64,000 bases of DNA from Dimorphilus gyrociliatus (GCA_904063045.1 CAJFCJ010000010.1:1488001-1552000); one strand, 5' to 3'; positions 13,221 to 28,389 are shown, counted from the stretch's first letter. Program-made: numbers and translations. The notes: generated by a model not told the origin, from the letters alone.

Positions 13221-14445
13221 TGTTTCTATGCCTACATTACTGATTCTTTCGAATGTTTGAAATATTTTCGCAAAGAATTTCGCCACTCTTTAGATAAATT
13301 AACAAAAAAACTTGTATTTAATAGTTTTAAAAATAATTTATAGAACTAGAGGAGTCTATGGATAATTTACTTATATATTTTCTAGTTAATTTCTTTTTAT
13401 ACGAAAACAATTATCGAAAAAACAAAAAAGTTTTATGGCGCCATTTTTGAAACTTTTCTAAACAATTCTTTTTGTTAAAATATCTTTTATTATTGAGAAA
13501 TTAGACAGAATATTTAATAAAAGCAATAAATTAGCAAAATATTTGAAAAAGTAAACGAATTTTTAAAATTAATTTATCAATTATAAAGTGAATTCTTAAA
13601 GAAATTTAGACATCAAATAGCAAAAACAGTCTAAACCATAAAAAAATAAACAATTCAGTTATTTCTAGGATATTTTACTAAAGTACTTATTTTAAGAATT
13701 TACAATTAAACATACAGTAGAAATCAGATTTGAATGTAATTATATCAACAGTTTGTTTATATTTAGAATTTACTATTTTTTGAGGATTTGAGAAAAAATA
13801 TATTATAATCTCTCTATTATCTTCTGTGCGTGTGCGTGTGTGTGGGTGACTCTCTCTCTCTCTCTGTCTATATATATATATATATGTTTATGCACAGTTA
13901 AACATGTATACAATACTTTATGCCTGTAACATTTATATTTTCATGAACAGATATTTTAAACAAAGAAAATGTATTTTTTAGCTATAAATGTCTATTTTTC
14001 TTTAATAAATTAAATGGCAAAATTTAGTTCACGCGTGATATTTACTGCTGTAGATTAAAATCTACATATTCCAGTTTGTCACGTTTGTTCGGTCTATTTT
14101 TTTCGCATAGATTTAAATATATTTTGATTATTTGTTATTAATATTTAGATATTAATTAAAATATTTAAAAACTATTAATATATTATGAGTTAATACGATT
14201 TTTTGTTGTAAATTCATAAAAGTAAGCAAGAACTTTTTTAAAGCCATTTTTACTACGCCTCTCTACTTCCGGAACTATACGGCACAACCCTCTTCATGTC
14301 GAAAATGACGAAATAGCAACGAATAGGGTCTGACAAATCTGTAATTCTTAGAAAATTAACAAGTTAATCTAATTTGGCGGAAGAAACAATGAATTTTTAG
14401 AAATAGCTTATTTGAATAGCAATCATCTTTTAATAAATCCTGACC

Positions 14446-16196
14446 ATGGCTAGTTTTGTGCTGAAAAAACTTAGTCGATTTGCATCTCTTGACGAGAGCC
14501 ATTCTGCCGAAAAGAAGACAGAATATCAAGTAAAGACTCCAGAAGGAGATCCCGAGGCCAAAGTTGTCATAATCGCGGCCGAAAATTGCAACCATTGCGA
14601 ATATACTTTCAAATGTAAGTAACCTGTATCAGAGTACTAACCTCTAAGAGAAAAACTTAAACAATCTACCGCAAATCTAGTTTCAAATGGTCTACATCAA
14701 TCATGAATGTTTAATTTAATTCATAAATAATAGAATAAGCCTTTGAAAAATTCTAATAATATTTTATTAGTTCATAAATTAGTATGTTATTAATGAAAAC
14801 TGCAAATGTTACAAAATATTCTTAATGGTTAAATAAAACACCTGTTGATAATAATTTTATGCTTTATCATATTTTTCTTCCTACAGGGTATCACGACAAC
14901 GTTCATAGACAAAAGTATAAGGTCGTTATTGTCTATATCATAGAATTACCCGAACAAAAACCCTCAACAAGTAAATATTGTCTTTCTACCAATATTTAAA
15001 TCAAGCTTTCAAATTTAATTTCTAAACTTGTAGAACAATCAAGCGGCAAAATGTCGCAACCTTTAGGTAAGAATTGCTCCCAACAGACATTTTTCAACAA
15101 TCACCTAGAGTTATTGACAATTCCGTTGTGTGTTTAGGTGTCGTATATACTACGAGAAGAATGTTTTGCGTTATATGAAAAAAAATCTATAGATTTTTCT
15201 TCTTTCTTTACTTAAATTTATTAATAGTATCTTAGAGTAACAAATAAATTTAAGTAGTCTAGTTAGAATCGCTTGTGGGACGGCTTTTTTTTTGTTTTGT
15301 TTCTATGCCAACTGAATTAGTATGTTTTTTATAGTATCTTTTATTTTTTCTCTCTCTTCATAGACACGCAAATTCTTGGTCTGTATTTTCTACAATCCAT
15401 GGAAAAAACAAGACTTAGACTCCCTTACTAATTTTACTGATATCGGCTTATGTTATCTTATATCCTAGTTAGGTTTTATCATGTAATTAAGTACTTCGTT
15501 GAGAATTGTCAGAGTTATTGTCTTATATTTTATCAATAAGAGAAAAAATTACATTGATAAAGAAAAATTCTGTTTTCGCTACTATAAAACTTAATTGTTT
15601 TTGTTTTGTGTTGTAGGAGGAATGCATATTTCGCCGAAAACCTTACAGGAATTATGGAAGAAAGAGGAGGAAAAAACAATTGAATTGGAACAGACTATGC
15701 GTCGTTTGTTGCAAGAAAAAAGAGTAAGACGTTAATTGTCAAAAGGGAAACAACTCTTAACTATTTAATTCCCTCTTTCCTTTACAAAAATTAGTGCAGC
15801 GGAGTACTAAGAACAGCGGCTGGCAAACCAGGGCCAATGATTTGTAAAGTAGCTATTGAAGAAGGAGCATCTATGATTGTTACTGGATCAAGAAACATTG
15901 GAAGGATGAAAAGAGTCTTAATTGGATCTGTCTCAGACTACTTGGTACATCATGCAGTCTGTCCTGTAATTGTGTGCCGTCTGCCGACTATCCTTAGGAG
16001 CGCTTCCGTTTCTGATGCCGAAGATGTAAGGCAACGGCACTTTAGCGATAGCACCCTCCTTTCAAATTTGAAGGGAAAAGGCAAGAAGCAATCTATAATC
16101 GATAGAATTAGACATAAATCGGCAGGGAGTAAACCTCAAAAATCTACCGATGAAGTTTTTGAAGAGGAAAAGGAAAATGGTGCCGAGAAACCTTAG
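14446..16196 (+). CDS. Universal stress protein (USP/UspA) domain protein, about 5 exons
   Basis: Spliced product includes KVVIIAAENCNHCEYTFKWY, KVVIVYIIE and GKPGPMICKVAIEEGASMIVTGSRNIGRMKRVLIGSVSDYLVHHAVCPVIVCR, the classic USP C-terminal signature. Confidence 0.9.
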
Positions 16197-17189
16197 ATAA
16201 CTTTATTTTCTTCAAAATTCAGAGTTTTTCCCCTGAATTCCTCTTCGCTACCAATATTTTACTTTCCATTTTGTGTCTCCAATCACAAAATAACAAAGTC
16301 GGTTGTGGTACGTTGAAGAGGAATTTTAAAAAAAACAACTCTATTATAAATATTGAATGGGTTAAGATTTCGCTTTTTTTTCTGTCTCTGTGCTTTTGTT
16401 TATTTTTTTTCCTTTGCTATAAAAAGAAAAGATACCTTTTTGCGTTTTATCATGCAATCAACTGTAGTTCGCATAAGATTATTGTTGCGTTCCACAAATA
16501 TAGGGTTATATATGGTGCGTTGGTAAATTTAGTTGTTAGTTGTACGAAGAGTTTATAAGTTTTAAAAAATATACTTATATTCATTATTCTTATACAAAAA
16601 GGAATAATAACTTGAGCTAAAGTATTGTTCATAGGCTTACGTTACATAAGTAGATAGATATATAAACAATTACAGAAGAATTCTGGTCGTTCACTTTTTT
16701 ATTATGTCTAAGAAACAATTCCCTCTCCTGATCGGGGAAGATAATTTATCCTGTTTTTCCTATTCGAAAGTAAATGATGGATGAAAGTGAATAAGATATT
16801 GAAAATAGTAGTGTGTACATAACCACCGATATCAAAAAAAAAGAAAACAAGCATATATAAGACGTTAGTTGGTATTTTTTCTTTTTTTTTCAAATATGTT
16901 TTTCTTGAAAAAATGAATAACGTTAGGATTTCAAAAAAAAAAAAAAGAATAACTTTTTAATAATGAATAAATAACTTTAAAAAAAATTCTATAATCTAGA
17001 AAACACGAATTAATAACGTAATCTGGAAAGAAAAAAAAATCTGTCAGTATAACGTATGTTACATCACAGTTAGTTACGTTTTCACCAAGTGCCTTTTTTT
17101 TTGCAAAAAAAAAAAGAATAAGATAGAAAAAAAGAGAAAAAGCATATAACGTATTATTATAAATAAAAACTATCTTTGTACAAGGTTAC

Positions 17190-17192
<3 letters not shown>

Positions 17193-17224
<32 letters not shown>
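17193..17224. repeat. (AT)n microsatellite between the USP and MAPKAPK2 3' ends
   Basis: Uninterrupted AT dinucleotide run. Confidence 0.9.
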
Positions 17225-17227
<3 letters not shown>

Positions 17228-17298
17228 AATTTTAAAGGACAAAAATTAAAAGAAAGAATAAAAAGAAAAGAAAATTTAAAACCATAATGATAAATGAA

Positions 17299-19588
<2,290 letters not shown>

Positions 19589-19696
19589 AGTTGTGTACAC
19601 TTCCAAGTTTTAAAATTGTATAAATTGATTAAGATAAATAAATGTTGACACTATTCCTCTTGATTGATGACTGAGCGAAAACGAAAAATATACAGG

Positions 19697-19743
19697 CCGG
19701 AAACGGAAGTGCCCCACGCAGCCGATTTAGTGCCATCTATCAG
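19697..19743. promoter_or_regulatory. MAPKAPK2 promoter: tandem ETS-type CCGGAAACGGAAGT plus a CTCF-like TAGTGCCATCTATCAG
   Basis: GC-rich island in AT-rich DNA 110-155 bp upstream of the MK2 ATG, matching known ETS (CCGGAAGT) and CTCF core consensus. Confidence 0.5.
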
Positions 19744-21172
19744 ATGTCTACCTAGGAAAATAAAGAAGCTTGGATTTTATTATAAAACATTAAAAATCAG
19801 TTTAAATACAAAAATTCTTAATTATTTCTGAATTGGTATTAATTTTACAAAGAAGATTATGCAATTAGATTAATATTTTATGAAAGTTTATTAATTTAAA
19901 AATACAATTGGGACACAAAGTGAAACTTTTATTTTTACAATTCCAAAAGTCCGTTTAGTAAACAAACATAAATATATATTGATATTAATAACTGATGCAT
20001 TATCGTTCTCAGAAATTTTATTGTAGGAGGATTTCTTGATCTTGAAATCGTCAATAATTTTCAAGGACGTTGATGTAAGAATAAAAAGTTCGTTTGACGT
20101 TATTGATGGTTATTTGTTAAAATTCATTGTATTGATTTACGGTTTTCCATCCGCAAAATGGTAGTGTTATTACCGCAAAATCATGATATTTCATGAAATA
20201 TAATTTAATAATCAATCTAGATGCTTCAGAGAGCTAATTTCTCCTTCAAATCCTTATCTTCCCATGAACCTCATGAAACGTTGACCTATGATAACAATCC
20301 AGTTATGATCATCCTAAATTACTTTAATGGATAGTAATAATAAGATTTCTTTCGAGCTACTTAATATATCGTTACTAAAATTTCGCTCGTAAGCGTTGAT
20401 ATTGACTATGGAAAGTTTGATAAATAGGATTCGATTTGTTTAAAGATTAATAAAATCATGTATGAATGTATTAGTATAAAAACAGTATATGGCAGGTGGA
20501 AGTGTACCAATAAGTATTTATCTATAAAATACTAATTCGTGTTGGGTGTGTTTGTGAATTATCCTTTGAATGAAGATAAATAAAGTCAATGGAAAGTATC
20601 CTATTGTTTACATTTTGTATTATACTCAATAAAACAAGACAAATAGTGACACTATTAAAGTAAAGGCAATACATAGGAAAATGATAATTCACTGATTGAA
20701 ATGACTACAAATTCTATATATTAAAAATTCATGAAACTCTTTTTACACGTACTGTTTACATAAAATGAATTGTCCCTTTCTGTTCTCCTAATCCTGTAAT
20801 TAATTATCCAAACTGTTAGAATGCATTTAATCGAATAGCTTTTAGTCATTAATACGAATATATTATTGACGTAATATGATAATATATAATTGTTTAATAA
20901 CTGTTTATTAAATAATATTTATTACTCTCAGCAAGTTGAGTTTAATGCTGCTGGTTAAATGATTAATACAGTATATACTATATATTTTTAAAAAGATTAA
21001 ACAATTAATATCTTCAAATGATGCTTTATTTGAATAATGAAAATCTCTGATTCCGAATCAATGACAATCGATCATATCAGTTTTTTATTCGTCATATAGT
21101 TGTTTAAGATTTCGTTCTATAGCCAAACAACGTTGAAAGTAAGAGTAATAATATAAAAGCTCCTCGGAAGAA

Positions 21173-22322
21173 ATGCTCTTTCTATTAATTTTGGGGAAAT
21201 TTTCAATTTTCTTCCTTTGCGAAGCGATACAAAATGACGAATGTATTGTTCCTACTGATGAGAGAATACGGATTGGTTTGAAATGAATGTTTTCTTTATA
21301 AAATTTAATAATTTGACAAAATTTTTTTCAGGTAATTTTAAACCTACATCGAATAGCGAATGTAGTAACAAAAATACTTGTTATGAAGCTGGTCAAAAAT
21401 GCTATCTCAGTAAATATAATGTTCCCGGATTTAGAAGAAATAGGAGAGGTTCGGATTGTCCCGGTTCCGATATTGGAATAATTTATTCATCAGATGTAAT
21501 TTCTTGTGGTAAAGCTTGCCTAAATAATCCTTCATGTCATGCTTTCACAATGAATGAAAATTCTACTTGCGTATTAAAAAACAAATGTAATACTGAAATT
21601 ATAGATCAAACCGTAATAAGATATTTTAGATACGCTTATAGACGTCTGTCATGTTACTTTGGAGATTCATCGGCAGGTGTTGTAACGACATTCCCCAGAG
21701 AAGATATATTAACCACCATAGATTACAGTTTTGATAATAAAGTGAAAGGAATGGTCCTAGTTACAAATTTATTATATTTAAAGGTGATATGCAATTTACA
21801 TTTTGTTACGATTTTTATTAATTCTCTCTTAATGTTATACAATAGAATCTTGCTCTAAGCGATTTAAATAACAATCTTGCAATTTATACTTGTTTCACTG
21901 GAAATCTATTCAAAGGTAGTGATTCATCAACCGAGAGTGTGGCAATTGACAACGTTATGTTTGATAATAACGAGACGTCATGTAACGATAACATCTCAAA
22001 TTCGTTAAAGATAAGAATACCTTTTCCAACTGTTAATGAGAATGTTAAACCTTTTCAAGTGAATATAAAAGGCAATAATCTGCATTGTCACGATAGAATT
22101 GATCTATCCAATAAAGAGAATGTTTTTGTTTATATACCTACAATACTTCAACCACAACCTACGTTTGCCGGAAGTTTCCGCACCTGTGATCTATTACTTT
22201 CTTCAAGTGATTCATGTAGCTTTAATTGCACATGTTTTGAAGATCATTGTCAAGCAACATATGCTAATGTCATTGATTTGAACCAGAGTATGAAAATATG
22301 CGAGATTTCCGTGTCTGTGTAA
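21173..22322 (+). CDS. Secreted Cys-rich protein with a PAN/apple domain and an uncharacterised C-terminal Cys-containing domain; 3 exons
   Basis: Signal-peptide exon MLFLLILGKFSIFFLCEA (21173-21275), apple-like CPGSDI...SCGKACLNNPSCHAFTM...CVLK, and C-terminal CSFNCTCFEDHC...MKICEISV. Confidence 0.72.
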
Positions 22323-22489
22323 ACTTTATTTAGTTTACTTAAAAATAATCTATAAAATAATAATAATAATAAATAAATAAACGCAAATATTAAACATTAT
22401 ATAATGATTTATTGCGATTTATTCAAGTTATACAGTATGTACTAAACATGTATGCACTATATTACTGAAAAGACAAGAAAAAAAAAATT

Positions 22490-22577
22490 CACCTCCGACG
22501 GGACTCGAACCCGCAATCCCCGGCTTGCGCCCTATATTGATAGGAGGCCGGTGCCTTATCCATTAGGCCACGGAGGC
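22490..22577 (-). tRNA. tRNA-Arg(CCU) with a 15-nt canonical-position intron (22526-22540)
   Basis: Minus strand reads GCCTCCG TGGCCTAATGGATAAGGCA CCGGC CT CCT A [tcaatatagggcgca] A GCCGG GGATT GCGGG TTCGAGT CCCGT CGGAGGT G. All stems pair, A and B boxes are present, length is 73+15 nt, and an oligo-T terminator follows. Confidence 0.95.
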
Positions 22578-23042
22578 TTCACGTATTCTTCGGTTAAAAT
22601 TGTATGTTATAAATCATAACTAAATTTTTTTTACCCTTTTTTTACCAGTTTTCTTTCCTGTGGAATTATGTAAAACATTAACATAACTCATTGTCATTAA
22701 AATCGCAAGGTAGGCTAATGAAATGAGGTCATTTTACCATTATTGCTGATTTAAGTAGAGTAGAAGCCATACTCTTGAAAAGGAAGTAAGAAGTTTAATT
22801 TATATAAGGTAAATATAAAGTTACAAATGTTCTTCGGGAAAAGTAACTTCAAATATTAACGACGTATTTTGAACTGACATTACGAAATGCATAAAAAAAG
22901 TCACGTAATTAGTGGAAAAGTTAAAAAATAGCCTCTAATTCTTATACTTCTTTAAAAAGTGCATTTAAAAACACTTTTGTGTTAGCACAGAAAATAAAAC
23001 TCATCAATTTTTTTCAAACTATATAATTGCTCATAAAGAAAT

Positions 23043-26000
23043 ATGGCGGACTCAAAGAAAAAGCCAACAGTTATTGAACAGGAATTTATTCAACACCGAA
23101 TTCGAGATTTCCTCCATAAACCTGATGATAGCAAGGAAAGAACGAACAAGAAAGTTACTCATGGCGAGAAACCCACTAATTTGAATAAACCAGGTAATAA
23201 ATTAAACATTTACTCTATACATAATAATTACTGTTAATGTTGATTGTTTTCATTCGGCATTAGATGATGTTTCAGTGAATAATGAAGAACAAGGTGCAAA
23301 AAACGGTAACACTATGAATGAATTGATAGCTAAGAAAGAAGATACTGCCAATGAAGACAACTCACATAATCTTCAAGGGTATTATTTCTATAACAATATA
23401 ACTAAAATATGCATATTTAATAAGAGTAATAGTCAAGAGCTAGATTCTTCGCTCGCCAAACAAGACTTTAACCCATCACAAAAAAAGACAAATAGAGTAT
23501 ATGAAAAACGTCCTAAAACCAAAAAGCCAACTTACGGTAAAGAAAAAACTTGCAGATTTTACAACAAGTCGTACGTACGACATGATTCAAAAATAAAGGC
23601 GAATAATCCTGAACGTCACGGGACATCGTATGTATCTGGTAAGTATGTCATTTTTTGTATATATCATTAAAATTGTTCGAAAAAAATTCTAATAGTAGGT
23701 TTTCCGGATTATACTGAACAAAATTCATTCGGATCGAACTACGAGTTTTTTAATACGAGAAAATATTACAAAAGTTCAGATAGTTTGGAACCGCAAGAAT
23801 CTAACATTAAATATCGACACTTCCCAAAAACAAACGATAAAAGGAAGAGTAATTTTAAAAAAAAATACTCTTTCAAGGATGGCATTGACACTAACTGTCA
23901 GAAATCTCGTCAAAATCGATTTGGAAAATTTGGTAAATGAAATTCATTAAATAATTCATGATTAAAACTTTTCATCTTTTTAGAAACAATAGAGGATAAT
24001 AATAGAGATGAAGGTTCGAATGAAATTGAGAAACCTATTATTTTACATGAAGAAAACTCTAGCTGGTCCAATTATTTTATAGACACAGGTGAAGACTGGA
24101 ATGCGGAATGTGACCATGGGGTTCGAGAAAACTCCGATTGTCATTTACTAAATATTTCGGAGCAGCCATTCGAATCTGACAAAAACGAAAATGTTTCAAT
24201 CAGACACCTGTGCAGTTCAAATGACGAAGAAGAAAAGTCGTTGTCGACGCAAAGTATAGATGCTGACATTAGCGATGAAAACCCTGAGTTGGAGAATACG
24301 GATGATTGTGAGAAGCTAGGTGACAATTTTGAGATTACCAGTCCTGTGAAGCTTGAAACGGAAAGCGAGGTAACAGTTTCAGAGAAACCTGAAGTTTTGA
24401 AGAATGAAGAAACTGAAAAGTCTGCTATGGCCACTTTTCCAAGCAACTGTCAGAATAGCGAAAACAAAGAGGGAACCAAGGATGAGCTTCCTACAGAGAA
24501 TTTAAAAATTCCCTTGATTGACAATGAAAAAGTGGCACCTCTAGAAATTTCTGCTCAGCAAGAAGAACGCAAAAATTCTTCCGTTGAAGAAACTTTGCTT
24601 GAAGAAAGTGAAAATAAAAGTGAGTCTGTCAGCAATGAAAATGAAATTAAAGAGGAGTTACAAGATTTAACTGCTGCTAACAATAACATTGACGAGAATA
24701 CTGAAGCACAATATGTACCATATGTACCAGATGGTAAAGAGAATGATCTAGCGACACCAGAGAACGATTCGAGGGATGATGTAACTGAGTTTGTGGATTC
24801 TGAGAGGTATTACAATGAAATTATAAATTATTAAAGTAACTGTAAATTATTTTAGCGAGAAATTCGATGATAAAAGTTATGAGATATCAGACAACACCAG
24901 TCGTTATCCCGTACGGTATAATCTTATGCAATTTGTATATTTCACGTCCATATCTTATTCTTCCCTTAGAGTCAATGAAGAATTTCAGGTATGTAAAAGC
25001 TATTTCACTCAAGATCATCACTATCGGTAGCTAATTATTATTTTTAGTCATTTATGAAAGTATTGAATTAATCATTATTTCATTCTTAGAAATGTACAGA
25101 GGCCATGGTTTTATAATTCGGCTTCACGTGTTTCTCATTTTCCAAACTCATACCATTCTGGGTACTCAAATTTTCTTATCAATTGGAACTCTTATTTCAT
25201 TTTAGCTTTATTTTTAGGTATATTCCAAAGTTTATTGAAGGATCTATTCAAAGTAAATGATTATTTTAAACATACAATTACATACTTATACTGTTTCATT
25301 GCTTTCACAGGATACAATTCGTATTTGTGGCCAAGAAAAGAGGGAAAACATTGTAATTGTGATTTTTCATTTATATCAATATTAAAGTAAAAATGTTTAA
25401 AATTTCTTCTTCTTCTTAGTTTCTTCAAACTGGTCTTTGACTATATCTGCCAGTGATTCGGAGTGCTCTGTTCCTCTTAATTACAGTCATATTGAAGTAA
25501 AGAAAAAACCTGCTTTCAAGAGAGGCTTTTCTAGTAGTATCAGCAACAGATATCGTCAAAAGTTCGAAGACTTGAAAACTCCTTATTTCGATTCTCACTG
25601 CCACATTGATTATATCCTTAATAATTTAAAATTTAAGGTTTTTAAACGAAAAGTTGGCACAGACGGACTTATAAAAAAACCTTCTTTTTCAGCATAGTTC
25701 CTTTCAAAGTGTTATGATGCAGTATGAAGATCTCTTTCCTCTAGGGTATAAAGGTTGTGTGACAAATTTTTGTGATCCCATCCAGTTTAAGTGTACAGGT
25801 ATAGCGACTTTCCATACCTTATCATAATAAATTAACCTTCCTGTAATATGGTGATACTTTTTGATTGATAGAAAACAGTTTATGGAATGAAGTGTTAAAG
25901 ATTGAAAACGTATATGGAACTGTCGGCTGTCATCCTAAAAAAGTAAAATTTCTAACTGAAGCTCATGAAACGGCTATGGAAGAGATGCTAAAGCATCCAA

Positions 26001-26669
26001 AATGTGTAGCTCTAGGAGAAATTGGATTGGATTTCTCAAAAGAGTTAGCCACATTTTTTATATCAACAACTTTTATGTTGAAGAAAAATTCTAATTATCA
26101 AAAACATATTTTTCAGCTTTTTCAGAGAAAAGGAAAAGCAAGTGTTTGTTCTTAAGAGACAAGTTGCTCTCGCCATAAAGCACAACAAACCGATAGTTAT
26201 TCACGCCCGTGACGCAAATGATGAAATAATTGAAGAGTTGCTTAGTGTAAGTAGAGCAGATAAGAAAAATTCGTTTTTAAAGTGTAAACATTTCTAGCTA
26301 AATCTCGGCAATCATAAAATTCATCGACACTGTTTCGTCGGGTCAAGAAAAGAAATGGATGATTGGTTGAAACACTTTCCAAACTCTTTTATCGGATTTA
26401 CTCCACTTTTAACTTTTGCGGACCACGCAAGAGCGCAAGGCATAAGAGAATGTGCTCGCCATATGCCTTTAAATAAACTTCTTTTAGAAACGGATGCACC
26501 GTATTTCATTCCTCGAGAAGTTAAAGGCGCGACTATGAATCAAGTGTCTCTACCACCTTTCTGCATATCCGTTGCTGAAGAGGTAGCAGCGCTTAGAGAA
26601 GAGCCGCTTGAAACAATTTTGGAGCATGTTCGAAAGAATACTGCCGATATGTATGGAGTAGTATATTAA
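23043..26669 (+). CDS. TATDN2: TatD-family DNase with a long acidic, low-complexity N-terminus (TATDN2-like), multi-exon
   Basis: YFDSHCHID, GTVGCHP, ALGEIGLD, PIVIHARD, IHRHCF and LLLETDAPYF give the complete TatD metal-ligand set. Upstream exons encode a Glu/Asn/Ser-rich region; some small middle exons could not be phased confidently. Confidence 0.85.
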
Positions 26670-26944
26670 ATTAGCTGTTATTTAGAATTCTATTATATGC
26701 TGTTCTGATTATATATGTATTTTCTTATGTATTATTGGTATTCAAGTTAGAAACTTAGGGAGGAGGTATTATTATATTTGAGAGTTTGAGCTAAGCTCTG
26801 TTCTCGGTTGAATTGTAACTGACTTGTAGATGTTACACGTGATTTAAATAAAAGCTACTTTATTTCAAGATAAACGCTAAACAAACTATATAATTAAACA
26901 TTTTTATACATTAATAAGTTAATATGAACAGACAATATATACTT

Positions 26945-27905
26945 TTAAATAAGTTCTAATTCGTTATTTCTAAGCATAGTAATAACTTCGACAATAGTTT
27001 TGTTTTTGTACTGAGGAGATTCGCCTAATCGGGCCAGCTTAGATTGAGGATGTACAGGCTCAATTAGGTTCAATCCATTTTCCTTAGCCGATGTAGCCAA
27101 TCTAATTTGAGTTTTTATTGGGAGTGATACCCAATGAGAAAACGTAACATGTTGTAATAGATGAGGATACATTGTCAATGGACAATATCGGATTGTATGT
27201 GCGTTATCGCCGTTGGCGAAACAAACAGGACAAACATACGCTCTCAAAAGAGGGCAAGTAATTTTATTGTCGTTATCTCTTATCGTATGAGACATATAAG
27301 TCGACGATGCCGTTCTGTTATTCTTACAGAAGACGCAGAAAATAGCACCAGAGTTGTCCTTTCTTGATGGTATGTTGAACTTTGGTGGTGATGGACGAAT
27401 GACCTAGAAAAAAGTGGCCGTTTATTTTTAAAAATGTGCTCCACCCCCTTCCCGCTACTTCCGCAAACTGAAAATCTTTCGATTGTCGTAAAATACATCA
27501 CTTAAAGATATAAGAAAATACGCAAAAGCAAACCTGAGGATAGCTAAAAGGAGTAGAAGTGATAGATTCTCCGAATATTCCAATTTCTAGATGAAAAAAG
27601 TAAAATTTAAGTAATAATCAAACTTTTTCAAATTTTTACTTACTAGGAATAGCCGTTGGCTGGCAATTGAGGTTCGGTGGTAGAAATCTCATAGCAGGAA
27701 GAGGACTTGGTAGAGGAGGGGGTGGAGGAGGAGGAGAAGTTGGCGTCGGTATTGGAGTAAAAGGTCGGTAATTTAAATTTAGAGCAAATGGTGGAAATAC
27801 TTTGGATTTTTCAACTCTCCAAATACTTGCATCCTCTCCGAAATTGCATGGATTAAAGCTTTGAAAGTTTGCACTTGACCCTTTATTGTTCATTCCTTCA
27901 GCCAT
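26945..27905 (-). CDS. nanos: Nanos (tandem CCHC zinc fingers), 3 exons
   Basis: CVFCKNNRTASSTYMSHTIRDNDNKITCPLLRAYVCPVCFANGDNAHTIRYCP has the exact C-x2-C-x12-H-x10-C-x7-C-x2-C-x7-H-x4-C spacing. Confidence 0.95.
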
Positions 27906-28034
27906 AGTTTGTCTTTATAAAACTTAATAAATAGTAACAGCAATAGGAAGTATTAAGTAAACGACTCGGTTCAATAACGACTATCGAATGACCAATAAAG
28001 TAGTCGATGATTAACTTTTTAGCGGTTAATTTCA

Positions 28035-28085
28035 GCGCATGCGTAATTCATTATCACTTTACGCAATGCGCGTAAAAGTGCGCAG
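28035..28085. promoter_or_regulatory. Cluster of NRF1-like GCGCATGCG/TGCGC motifs upstream of nanos
   Basis: GCGCATGCGT at 28035-28044, followed by ACGCAATGCGCG and GTGCGCAG within 50 bp, about 130-180 bp upstream of the ATG. Confidence 0.45.
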
Positions 28086-28389
28086 TTCGACACAAGATAA
28101 GAAGTTTAGCATCTTAAAAGGGTATTAAATATTTCAAAAGATTTTAATTAGGAAAAAGTACCTTTTACAATAAGTAATTAACTTGAGCATTAAAGGGAAG
28201 ATAGCCAAGATACTTTTATTATAGATTCCAATTAGAAAATATGTCATTTACCAAATGAAATTAGTAATACGGTGTAGAAAAATGAAAGTAATTAGATAAG
28301 AAAGTATCGAAGAGACGTTAGAAATAATGACGCGATAAGTAGTTTTAGTTTTTACGTAATTTCTTCCGTTTAACGATTAGAGAAGGTCT

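Noticed and set aside
13222-13350. RFX X-box upstream of the ciliary gene CYB5D1
   Set aside because: The best candidate (GTTTCTATGCCTAC) matches the consensus too weakly for AT-rich DNA.
19960-20480. Possible decayed coding or retroelement fragment between MK2 and the PAN gene
   Set aside because: All frames are closed by frequent stops, with no RT, transposase or terminal-repeat signature.
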